Assembly (NCBI GenBank): GCA_016870245.1
Contig: VGCA01000001.1
Coordinates: forward strand, 8,905-72,904
Length of the DNA: 64,000 nt
DNA from: Actinomycetota bacterium
GTDB taxonomy: Bacteria > Actinomycetota > Acidimicrobiia > IMCC26256 > PALSA-555
Direction of reading: 5' to 3'
Part shown: positions 27,295 through 38,100 of the stretch, piece by piece
Position numbering within the stretch: position 1 is the stretch's first letter
Layout: each line of letters begins with the position of its first letter
Position numbers and translations under genes: made by a program
Notes under the pieces: generated by a model
Databases searched by the model: none
Seen by the model: the letters and a program-made list of their open reading frames with translations, nothing else
Told to the model about the DNA's origin: nothing

Positions 27295-28701
27295 GTGGCC
27301 GGACCGTCTGTTCGTGTGACCTGGGCGCCCACCGACGTGCTGCGCCTGATCGTGGCGTTCGCGTTGCTGCTCGTCACCGTGGTGCTGGGGGCGTTGTTCC
27401 ACGACGGCATCACCGAGTTCCTCGCCGACCTCCTCCGCGGCCTCGACCGGCTCCCGGAGTGGTTCGTGACCACCCTTGCCGTGATCGCCGAGCTGCTCAT
27501 CCTCGTGCTGCTCGGGGGCGGGTTCGTGGTTGCCCTCTGGCGCCGCGAGTGGCGGTATCTCCTGACGATCGTGCTGTCGCTGGTGGTGTCGGTGGTCGCG
27601 TTCCTGGTCGCCCAGTGGATCGTCGACGACGGGGTGCGCCAGGTCACCCAGCTCGACGAGTCGCTCCTCCCCGTCGACCCCGACGAGCTGCCGATCGGGG
27701 TGGCGATCGTCACCGGTGTGGTGAGCGCGGCGGCGCCGTGGGTCGGCCGCCGCTGGCGGCGCTGGGCCTGGGCCCTGGTCGTGATCATCACGGTCGTCTG
27801 GTTCATCAGCTCCGACATCGCCTTCGACGTCGTGCTCGCGCTGCTCGCCGGCTGGTTCGGTGGGGCGCTCGCCGTGGCCACGCTGGGCGCGCCGTCGATG
27901 CGCCCCACGATGGAGTCCATCGAGGCCGGGCTGCGCGCCGTGGGCGTCGACCTCGCGGAGCTGCACCGGGCCGACGTCGACGCGCGCGGCTCCTCGCCGT
28001 ACTTCGGTGTCACCGCCGACGGCACCGCGCTGTTCGTGAAGGCGCTCGGTGCCGACGAGCGCAGTGCCGACCTGATGTTCCGCTGGTACCGGCGGCTCGC
28101 CCCCCGCGACCTCGGCGACGAGAAGGCCGACGCGTCGTTGCGTCGTACCGTCGAGCACGAGGCGCTGGTCGCGCTGGCCGTGCGCGACATGGGCGTGCGC
28201 ACGCCCCCGTTCGTGGCGTTCGCCCAGGCGGAGCCCAACGGGTTCGTGCTCGCCTACGAGCAGATCGCCGGCAAGTCCTTCGACCGGGTGCCGGAGGAGC
28301 AGATGACCGACGCTGCGCTGGCCGGGATCTGGGAGCAGGTCGCGCTCATGCGCCGGCACCGGGTCGCGCACCGCGACCTCCGGCTCGCCAACGTGTTCCT
28401 CGGCGACGACGGGCAGTCGTGGATCATCGATTTCGGCTTCAGCGAGCTGGCCGCGTCCGACCTGCTCCTGAACACCGACGTCGCCGAGCTGCTCGCGTCG
28501 TCGACCACGACCGTGGGGGTGGAGCGGGCCGTCACGGTGGCCGAGTCGGTCGTCGGGGGTGCCGCGCTGGTGGCGGCCCTGCCCCGGCTGCAGCTGGGCA
28601 TGCTCAGCGGGGCGACCCGCACCGCGATGAAGGAGCGGCCCGACCTCCTGCCCGCTCTGCGGGCCCGAGTGGAACGCGTGGGGGCCGATCAGTCAGCCTG
28701 A
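27295..28701 (+). CDS. Polytopic membrane protein fused to a protein-kinase-like (Kdo/RIO/Bud32-like) domain
   Basis: ORF 27295..28701 (alternative GTG at 27316). The N-terminal ~200 aa has about 5-6 hydrophobic helices. The C-terminal domain has LFVKAL (Lys), HRDLRLANVFL (catalytic loop) and IDFGFSE (DFG). Confidence 0.8.
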   Translation: MAGPSVRVTWAPTDVLRLIVAFALLLVTVVLGALFHDGITEFLADLLRGLDRLPEWFVTTLAVIAELLILVLLGGGFVVALWRREWRYLLTIVLSLVVSVVAFLVAQWIVDDGVRQVTQLDESLLPVDPDELPIGVAIVTGVVSAAAPWVGRRWRRWAWALVVIITVVWFISSDIAFDVVLALLAGWFGGALAVATLGAPSMRPTMESIEAGLRAVGVDLAELHRADVDARGSSPYFGVTADGTALFVKALGADERSADLMFRWYRRLAPRDLGDEKADASLRRTVEHEALVALAVRDMGVRTPPFVAFAQAEPNGFVLAYEQIAGKSFDRVPEEQMTDAALAGIWEQVALMRRHRVAHRDLRLANVFLGDDGQSWIIDFGFSELAASDLLLNTDVAELLASSTTTVGVERAVTVAESVVGGAALVAALPRLQLGMLSGATRTAMKERPDLLPALRARVERVGADQSA

Positions 28702-28705
28702 CGGC

Positions 28706-30667
28706 ATGACATCCCCCGGTTCGGACACCCCCGTCAACCCCCACGCGGGACTGCCCTTCACCGACGACGACGCCACCATCGCGGCGATGCTCGAGGAGGT
28801 CAGCATCCCGGCGCTGATGTGCTCGATGGTGCACCTGACCGGTGACCCGTCGTGGGTCCGGGGCGACATCCGGCCGCAGGGGCTGTTCCTCAACGAGTAC
28901 CAGGGGTACATGCCCGAGGAGATGAAGGCGCAGGCCCGGGCGCTCGCCCTGCCGGCCATCGCCGCGTACCGCGACGGCGGCGGTGTGCTGCCGCCCCCGC
29001 CGTCGCGTGAGGTCCTGCACGAGATGATGAGCTACCTCGCCTGCGAGGAGACCGATCCCGCGGTCGAGCCGATGTTCATCACCGACCTCAACCTCGACGT
29101 GGCCGACTCCGGCCGCATCACGTGGGGCGCCGCGGTGTCGGCCGAGGTGAAGGCCGACGCGCCGGTGCTGGTGATCGGCGCCGGGGAGGCCGGGCTGCTC
29201 GCCGGGATCCGGCTCCAGGAGGCCGGGCTGCCCTTCGTGATCGTCGAGAAGAACGCCGGCCCCGGCGGTACCTGGTACGAGAACCGCTATCCGGGGGCGC
29301 GCGTCGACGTCGGCAGCCACTTCTACTGCTACTCGTTCGAGCCGGCCGACCACTGGACCGAGTACTTCTCGCAGCAGCCCGAGCTGCAGGAGTACTTCGA
29401 GCGGGTGATGGAGCACCACGCCCTGGTGCCGCACATCCGGTTCGGGACCGAGGTGACGGCGATGGCGTTCGACGACGCCGCGGGCCGGTGGTCGGTCGAG
29501 GTGCGGACGCCGGACGGCTCCGCCGAGACGCTCGACGCGCGGTTCGTGATCAGCTGCGTGGGGGCGCTCAACCGGCCGAAGTGGCCCGACATCCCCGGGA
29601 TCGACGACTTCGCCGGTCCGAAGTTCCACTCGGCCGCGTGGGACGAGTCGGTCGACCACCGCGGCACCCGGTTCGCGATGATCGGCGCAGGGGCGAGCGG
29701 GTTCCAGATCGCACCGACGATCGCCGACGAGGTCGAGACGCTGACGGTGTTCCAGCGCACGGCGCAGTGGATGTTCCCCAACCCGAACTACCACATGCCG
29801 GTGCCGGCGGGGGACAAGTGGGCGATGCGCCACCTGCCGTTCTACGGGCGGTGGTTCCGCTTCCTCACCTTCTACCCGGGGGCGGGCCTGACCATCGAGA
29901 ACTCGCGGGTGGACCCCGCGTACGTGGACGACCGCGGCCTTGCCATCTCGGCCGGCAACGAGTTCACCCGGCAGATGTTCACCGACTGGATCACCAGCCA
30001 GGTCGGCGACGACCCCGAGCTGCTGGCGAAGGTGGTGCCCGACTACCCGGCGACCGGCAAGCGCACACTGCAGGACAACGGGTCGTGGCTCGCCTGCCTG
30101 AAGAAGCCCAACGTCCGGCTGGTGCGCACCGGGATCGAGAAGATCGTGGTCGACGGCGTGGTGACCGTCGACGGGACGCACCATCCGGCCGATGTGCTCT
30201 GCTTCGCGACCGGCTTCCGCCACACCGAGTACCTGTGGCCGATGGAGGTGCGGGGCACGGGTGGGCGGCTGCTGCACGAGCAGTGGGGCGACCGCCCGTC
30301 GGCGTACCTCGGGATCGCCATCGCCGGCTTCCCGAACCTGTTCTGCGTGTACGGGCCGGGGACGAACCTCGCCCACGGCGGCAGCCTGATCTTCCAGTCG
30401 GAGTGCCAGATCAACTACGCGATGGACGCCATCGGCCAGACGCTGCAGGGCGGACACCGGGTGTGTGCGGTCACCCAGGAGGCGCACGACCGCTACGCCG
30501 AGCACTACCAATCGGAGATCTCGCAGATGGTGTGGGCCCACCCGTCGGTCGAGCACTCCCACTACAAGAACGCCCGCGGCGAGGTCTGGACCCTCTCGCC
30601 CTGGCCGATCCCCACCTACTGGACCTGGACCCGCGCGCTCGACCCCACGGACTACACGTTCACCTGA
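28706..30667 (+). CDS. Baeyer-Villiger flavin monooxygenase with an N-terminal extension (HAPMO-like)
   Basis: ORF 28706..30667. GAGEAG, GGTWYENRYPG, fingerprint FAGPKFHSAAWD, GAGASG. About 150 aa of extra N-terminal sequence. Confidence 0.9.
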   Translation: MTSPGSDTPVNPHAGLPFTDDDATIAAMLEEVSIPALMCSMVHLTGDPSWVRGDIRPQGLFLNEYQGYMPEEMKAQARALALPAIAAYRDGGGVLPPPPSREVLHEMMSYLACEETDPAVEPMFITDLNLDVADSGRITWGAAVSAEVKADAPVLVIGAGEAGLLAGIRLQEAGLPFVIVEKNAGPGGTWYENRYPGARVDVGSHFYCYSFEPADHWTEYFSQQPELQEYFERVMEHHALVPHIRFGTEVTAMAFDDAAGRWSVEVRTPDGSAETLDARFVISCVGALNRPKWPDIPGIDDFAGPKFHSAAWDESVDHRGTRFAMIGAGASGFQIAPTIADEVETLTVFQRTAQWMFPNPNYHMPVPAGDKWAMRHLPFYGRWFRFLTFYPGAGLTIENSRVDPAYVDDRGLAISAGNEFTRQMFTDWITSQVGDDPELLAKVVPDYPATGKRTLQDNGSWLACLKKPNVRLVRTGIEKIVVDGVVTVDGTHHPADVLCFATGFRHTEYLWPMEVRGTGGRLLHEQWGDRPSAYLGIAIAGFPNLFCVYGPGTNLAHGGSLIFQSECQINYAMDAIGQTLQGGHRVCAVTQEAHDRYAEHYQSEISQMVWAHPSVEHSHYKNARGEVWTLSPWPIPTYWTWTRALDPTDYTFT

Positions 30668-30674
30668 CCCCGCC

Positions 30675-30728
30675 GATGCGCTTCTCACCGTCGATCCCGA
30701 GCTCGGGATCGACGGTGAGAAGCGCATC
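30675..30728. repeat. Perfect 54-nt palindrome (24-bp arms, GAGCTC centre) of the GATGCGCTTCTSACCGTCGAT motif
   Basis: The arm 30675-30698 (GATGCGCTTCTCACCGTCGATCCC) is the exact reverse complement of 30705-30728. The palindrome fills the 62-nt gap between the convergent stops at 30667 and 30730. It matches copy A'' at 3813-3836 at 23 of 24 positions. Confidence 0.95.
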
Positions 30729-30729
30729 G

Positions 30730-32313
30730 TCAGGCGGGGGCTTCGACGGGGAGGACGGTGCGCGTGGGAGGGAGGGAGTCGTGCAGGTCGGCGATCAGGT
30801 CGGCCTTGACCGACCGGGAGCCGGCGTCGTCCCAGAGGTTGCGGAACTGGTACGGGTCCTCGTCGAGGCGGTAGAGCTCGCCCTCGGTGCCCTCGTAGTG
30901 GATGCCGCACGGGGTGAGCACCTGCTCGCCCCACACCTGCTCCAGCCCGTTGGGCTGCCCGTCGGTCGACTCCTCGTAGGTGGTCAGCGACCAGCCGTCA
31001 CGCACGATCGACCGCATGTGCATGCCGAACCCCGGGAACTGGCTGTCCCACTCGCACAGCGCGCGTTCGTGGGTGCCGGCACCGTCGGTGGTCGGGAGGG
31101 CCCGACCCTGCATCCACTCGGCCGGCCGCACGCCGGCGATCGCACAGAACGTCGGCGCGAGGTCGACCTGGCCCACGGGGTCGGTCACCTCGGCGGCCGC
31201 CACCCCCGCCGACGGCGCCGGACGCCATACGAACGGCAACCGCATCAGGGCGTCGGTGTGGTACGGCCCCTTGTAGAGCAGGCCGAAGTCGCCGCCGAGC
31301 TCGCCGTGGTCGGTGGTGAAGATGATGTCGGTGTCGTCGAGCCAGCCCCGCCGCGCCACCGCGTCGACCACCCGGCCGGTGGCCTCGTCGATCAGCTCGT
31401 TCATCACGTGGGTTCGGGCGAGCACCTCGCGGATCTGGTCGTCGGTGAGGGTGCCGGGGCTGAAGGTCATCGGCCCGCCCTCGGCGTTGGCGAAGCGACC
31501 CTCCCACCACGCGAGCCAGTGCGCGGGCTTCTGCGCCAGCACCGCGCGGATCGCGTCGGGCGAGCCCGGGTGCCCGGGCGGCAGGTCGAGGTCCTGCCAG
31601 CGCACCCGGTGCATCTCCTCCTCGGGCGGGTCCCACGGGTGGTGCGGGTCGGGGAAGCTCAGCCAGCAGAACCAGTCGTCGTCGGCGTCGAGCGAGTCGA
31701 GCCACTCGATGGCCCGGTCGGCCGTCCAGTCGGTGTGGTACCACTCCCGCGGGATCGGGTTGTGCTTCGTCTCCGGCGCCATCGTGTCGCCACCGGGGAT
31801 CGCGCCGAGCAGCGGCGCGAACGACGCCAGGTGCTCGGGGTGGTGCGCCTCCAGCCAGCGCCCGTAGTGCTGGATCGCCCGGCCGTTGAACGCGGCGATG
31901 TGCGCGGCCTGGATCGAGTGGTCGAACCCGCGCCACGGCCCCGTGTCGCCCCGCATCCACCGGGCGTTCTCCTCCCACCGGCCCTTCGGATCGAACGCGG
32001 GCTCGAAGTGCGCCTTGCCGATCAGCGCGGTGCGGTAGCCCGCCTGCTCCTTCAGGTGCGCGGCCACGCTCGGTGCCGACTCCGGCAGTGCGATCCCGTT
32101 GGCGACCACCCCGTGGGTACGGACGTACTGCCCGGTGAGGATCGTGCACCGAGCGGGCATGCACACCGTGTTCTGGTTGTAGGCCCGGCGGTACACGATC
32201 CCCTCGGCGGCGAGCCGGTCGACCACCGGGGTGCGCGCGATCGTGCCGCCGTTGCACCCGAGGGCGTCGTAGCGCTGCTGGTCGGTCGTGACGAAGAGGA
32301 TCTTGCGCCCCAT
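30730..32313 (-). CDS. Sulfatase (formylglycine-dependent arylsulfatase family)
   Basis: Part of ORF 30730..32484, ATG at 32313. ILFVTTDQQR and the C-x-P-x-R maturation motif (VCMPARCTILTG), plus GKAHFEP. Confidence 0.9.
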   Translation of the reverse strand: MGRKILFVTTDQQRYDALGCNGGTIARTPVVDRLAAEGIVYRRAYNQNTVCMPARCTILTGQYVRTHGVVANGIALPESAPSVAAHLKEQAGYRTALIGKAHFEPAFDPKGRWEENARWMRGDTGPWRGFDHSIQAAHIAAFNGRAIQHYGRWLEAHHPEHLASFAPLLGAIPGGDTMAPETKHNPIPREWYHTDWTADRAIEWLDSLDADDDWFCWLSFPDPHHPWDPPEEEMHRVRWQDLDLPPGHPGSPDAIRAVLAQKPAHWLAWWEGRFANAEGGPMTFSPGTLTDDQIREVLARTHVMNELIDEATGRVVDAVARRGWLDDTDIIFTTDHGELGGDFGLLYKGPYHTDALMRLPFVWRPAPSAGVAAAEVTDPVGQVDLAPTFCAIAGVRPAEWMQGRALPTTDGAGTHERALCEWDSQFPGFGMHMRSIVRDGWSLTTYEESTDGQPNGLEQVWGEQVLTPCGIHYEGTEGELYRLDEDPYQFRNLWDDAGSRSVKADLIADLHDSLPPTRTVLPVEAPA

Positions 32314-32395
32314 GGGCGGCAGTCTGCCCCCTCGACCGGGTCGCCGGGGCCACGGCGGGTCCAGCCGCGCGACCCGCGTGCGCGATGCTCTCCCC

Positions 32396-32833
32396 GTGAC
32401 CAGCCACGTCGACCCCACCGCCGAGCAGCTCACCGCCTTCGCCGGGGCGGATCTCACGACCCCGATCGTGATGCTGAACCTCAACCGGTACCGCGACCGG
32501 GCGGCGTACGCGCAGCCCAGTCCCGACGACGACCTCTCGGGCCGCGAGGCCTACCTCCGCTACGGCGGGGTGGCCCTGCGGGCGATGGCCGAGGTGGGCG
32601 CCCACGTCCTCTGGATGGCCCCGGCCGAGCAGGTCTTCGCCGGTTGCGAGCACGAGGAGTACGACGAGGCGCTGCTCGTCTGGTACCCGAGCCGGGCCGC
32701 GTTCCTCGAAATGATCTCCCTCGACTGGTATCGCGACGCGCTCGTGCACCGCGACGCCGCGCTCGCGCAGGCTTCGGTGATCGCGCTCGCCGGTCCGGTC
32801 GAGCCGACGCTGGCTGCGCCCGGCGGCGCCTGA
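32396..32833 (+). CDS. DUF1330 domain protein
   Basis: Part of ORF 32288..32833. GTG at 32396 (alternative 32378). IVMLNLNRYRD...YLRYGG...W..R pattern typical of DUF1330. Confidence 0.7.
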   Translation: MTSHVDPTAEQLTAFAGADLTTPIVMLNLNRYRDRAAYAQPSPDDDLSGREAYLRYGGVALRAMAEVGAHVLWMAPAEQVFAGCEHEEYDEALLVWYPSRAAFLEMISLDWYRDALVHRDAALAQASVIALAGPVEPTLAAPGGA

Positions 32834-32911
32834 CGGATGCGCCGTCGGCGAAGTTCGGCGAACGCCGCCACCTTTGCGGACTCGCCGACGGCGACGCCGG
32901 CGTCGTACTGG

Positions 32912-32935
32912 GGGTGCACGACGTGGTGTGCACCC
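32912..32935. other. 8-bp perfect hairpin in the 220-nt gap upstream of the ABC-F gene
   Basis: GGGTGCAC (32912-32919), an 8-nt loop, then GTGCACCC (32928-32935). Its role (terminator of the DUF1330 gene or leader structure of the ABC-F gene) is undetermined. Confidence 0.35.
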
Positions 32936-33053
32936 ACCCGCTCGACGATGCGGCCGTGCTCCAGGTTGATTGCCCCGGGCCGGGCGTGGGGCGGGTCACG
33001 GGGCGCGCCGACCGGCTCCGGAAGCCACCGGCCGGCGCCGGTAGGGTCGCTCG

Positions 33054-34697
<1,644 letters not shown>

Positions 34698-34738
34698 GCC
34701 CCCGGCGTCGCCGGATCCCGTCGCCGCCCGGCGGGCGC

Positions 34739-35074
34739 TCAGGTGCCGGGGCCGTCGATGTCGTCGTCGTCGTCGGTCTCGGCGTCCCCGTCGAGGTCGT
34801 CGTCGGTCTCGTCGTCGACGATCCCGTAGGCGTGGGCGAGCGCGAGGGCCATGCCCGTAGCCCGGGTGTACACGGCCGTGAAGTAGTGCGGGGCGGCGTC
34901 GGCGCGGGGGAACGGCGGTGCGCCGAGGGACTCGATCAGCGCGGTGGGGTGGTCGACCGGCTCGACGAGGTGCTCGGGTCCGGCCGCGACGTCCGGGTTG
35001 CCCCAGAACGGTCGGGCCGAGCCCTTGCGGCGCGACGAGCGCGACCGCCGCCGCCGGCTGGACTGCTCGCTCAT
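34739..35074 (-). CDS. Small hypothetical protein with a basic N-terminus and a poly-acidic C-terminus
   Basis: ORF 34739..35074, 111 aa. Begins MSEQSSRRRRSRSSRRKGSARPFWG and ends DDETDDDLDGDAETDDDDDIDGPGT. It lies directly downstream of the helicase. No family recognised. Confidence 0.65.
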   Translation of the reverse strand: MSEQSSRRRRSRSSRRKGSARPFWGNPDVAAGPEHLVEPVDHPTALIESLGAPPFPRADAAPHYFTAVYTRATGMALALAHAYGIVDDETDDDLDGDAETDDDDDIDGPGT

Positions 35075-35159
35075 GACTCCCGCTCCTGGCCCTGGCGGGC
35101 CGGGCCGCTCGGGCCCCGCTCGCCTCGCGACAGGTCTGTGGCGCTGGACTGCTCGCTCA
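35057..35159. repeat. 17-nt direct repeat (GCTGGACTGCTCGCTCA) duplicating a translation-start cassette
   Basis: The copies are at 35057-35073 and 35143-35159. On the minus strand each reads (A/G)TGAGCGAGCAGTCCAGC, i.e. start codon + SEQSS. Confidence 0.9.
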
Positions 35160-35160
35160 C
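35071..35160 (-). CDS. Candidate 29-codon coupling ORF (VSEQSSATDLSRGERGPSGPARQGQERES)
   Basis: GTG at 35160 overlaps the helicase TGA (GTGA). Its own TGA overlaps the ATG of the 111-aa gene (ATGA). 26 of 29 codons end in G/C. Confidence 0.35.
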   Translation of the reverse strand: MSEQSSATDLSRGERGPSGPARQGQERES

Positions 35161-38100
35161 GCGGCCTCCTCCTCGTCGGGGGCCGCGGCCTCGTCGGTCG
35201 GGATGTCGTCGGTGAGGACGGCGTCGGCCCGGATGCCGAGGGCGGTGCGCAGCTGGTCCTGGTCGAGGTCGGCGAGCGACGACGACTTCGGCAGCACGAG
35301 GTCGGCGATGCGGCGCTTGCCCTCCACGACCTCCTCGACCCGCTCGTCGACGGTCCCCGGGCACACGAGCCGGTGGCAGATCACGGTGTGGGTCTGGCCG
35401 ATGCGCCACGCCCGGTCTCGGGCCTGGTCCTCGACCGCGGGGTTCCACCAGCGGTCGTAGAGCACGACGTGGTTCGCCGCGGTGAGGTTGAGCCCGGTGC
35501 CCCCGGCCTTGAGCGACAGCACGAGTGCGCCCGGACCCTCGCCGTTCTGGAACTCCTCGATGATCTGGTCGCGCGCGGTCCGGGAGAGCCCGCCGTGGTA
35601 GCACTCGACCTTCGTGCCCGTGCGGGCGGTGAGGTGGTCGGCGAGCTTCACGCCCCACTCGGCGAAGTGGGTGAAGATCAGCACCCGCTCGCCGGCGGCG
35701 TACACGAGGTCGACGATCTCCTCGAGGCGGGCGAGCTTGCCCGACCGGCCCTCCAGCGGCGCGTCGTCGTCCTGGTAGGCCGACGGGTGGTTGCAGATCT
35801 GCTTCAGCGCGGTGATCGCGGCGAGGATCTGGCCCTTGCGGGGCTCCTCGCCCTCGGGCAGGTCGGCCGCGATGACGAGCTTGTCGAGCACGGCCTGGTA
35901 GAGGCCGATCTGCTCGGGGGTCATCGTGCAGTGGTCGAGCTCGTCGATCCGGTCGGGCAGCTCGGCGGCGATCGCGGGCTCCGCCTTGGTGCGGCGGAAC
36001 ACGAGGATGCCGTTGAGCGCCCGGAGCGCGTTCTCGGCCGACTGCTGCTTCCCGGCCTCGCCGTTGCCCGACAGGCTGGCCACGAACTGCGGACGGGGCC
36101 CCACCAGCCCGGGGTTGGTGTAGTCGAGGATGGCCCACAGGTCGCCGAGGCCGTTCTCGATCGGCGTGCCGGTGAGGGCCACCCGCACGCGGGCCGGGAT
36201 GCGGCGCAGCTGCTGCGCGGTGTCGCTGGTGGGGTTCTTGATCGCCTGGGCCTCGTCGAGCACGACGGTCGCCCACTGCACCTTCTCGATGGCGTCCATG
36301 TCGCGCACCGCGGTGCCGTAGGTGGTGATCAGCACGTCGGCGTCGTCGACGACGCGGGCGATCTCGTCGGCCTCGGCCCGGTTGGCACCGTGGTGCACCC
36401 GCACCCGCAGGTCGGGCACGAACGTGCGCGCCTCCGACGCCCAGTTGCCCACCACGGCGGGTGGCGCGATGACGAGGGCCGGGCCGCGGTCGGTCGACTC
36501 CTGCAGATGGGCGAGCATCGTGGGCGTCTTGCCGAGGCCCATGTCGAGGGCGAGGCAGCCGCCGATGCCGGCCTGGTCGAGGAAGCCCAACCACGCGAGG
36601 GCGTCGGCCTGGTAGGTGCGCAGCTCACCGACGAACCCGTCGGGCTCGGTGGCGGGCTCGCCCGGCACTGCCGCGGCGGCCTCCAGCAGCTCCGAGGCCC
36701 AGCCGCCGCCGGCGACCGTGATCCCGCCGGCGAGGGGCGAGCCCTCGAGGCCGAGGGCGAGGCGCAGCATGTCGGCGCCGCTGAGGCGGGTCGTGTCGGC
36801 CCGCTCGGCCAGCGCGGCGGCCGCGGCCGCGAGGTCGGCCTTGTCGACCGCGACCCAACGACCGCGCGAGTGGATGAGCGGCCGGGCCTCCTTGGCGAGG
36901 CGGGCGATGTCGGCGGCGGTGAGCTCGACGTCGTCGAACACCGCCGACCAGCGCACGTCGGCGAGCTGGCTCGCACCCACGGCGGTCTCGGTCTCCTCGG
37001 CGAACACCCGCAGCGAGGGCGTGGGCGTGCGCAGGCTGAGCGCCGGCACCCGCACGTCGAAGCCGGCCGCGGCGAGCCGGGGTCCGATGTCGACCATCAG
37101 CTGCCACGCCTCGTCCTGGCCGATGATCTGGTGGCCGCGGCGCGTGCTCGGGCGCTGCAGCGCCGGCACCATGCGCTCCACCCGGCCGATCTCGTCCTCC
37201 AGCTCGGCGCGCTCGTTGCCGCTGCGAGCGTCGACGATCGCGCGCTCGATGGGCGTGAGCGTGCCGTCGGCCGACTCGTGGAACACCGCGAGGTCCCACG
37301 CGGGGTCGCCCCTGGGCGGGGCCTCCAGCCGCACGACGAGCGGGCTGTGCTCGCGCACCACGCCGCGCACCCAGTGCTCGGCCTTCGACACCAGTTCGTC
37401 GGCCACCCGCATCGGCGCGTCGAACGCCGAGCCGTCGAGTCGGGCGAGGAACGCCTCGGTGACGTCGGTGGCGCTGCGCACGACGGGCGGCGGCGCCGGC
37501 ACCTCGATGCGGCGGGCGCTGTCCCGGCAGAACGCGTCGACCATGCCGGTGAGCGCGGAGCGGGTGAGCGCCCGGGCATCCACCCGGGTGTCGAGGGCGC
37601 GCACGCTGCCGGGCATCGCCGCCACGACCTCCGCGAGTCGCTCGGCGTCGACCAGCGCGGGCGTCCAGCGCACGGAGTAGGAGGCCGACGTGCTGCGGCT
37701 CCCACCGTTGCGCTTCCGGCGCTGACGGAGCAGCGGGACCATGGCCCCGCGGGCGGTCAGCTCGACCGCCCAGATCGCCACCCGGCCGAGCCAACGGACG
37801 CTCGCGCCCACCTCGGCCTCGAGCTGTCCGGCGCCGGCGGCCACGAGCCAGCCGAGCACCTCGCCCACGGGGGCGCTGAACGCTGCGGCCTTCTCGCCGT
37901 CGGGGAGCGGCACGCCGGCGTGCTCGACCCACGGCGCCTCGGGAGCCTCGGCGGCCTGGAGCATGTCGCGCACCTCGTCGACCGATGCCGGCTCGCACCG
38001 TGGACCGCCGGCCCAGGCGACCACCCGGCCGGGCTCCCACGAGAGCTGGAGCTGGACCACCTCCGGGAGCAGCGCGTCGACGTCGGGCTCGCGCTCCTGG

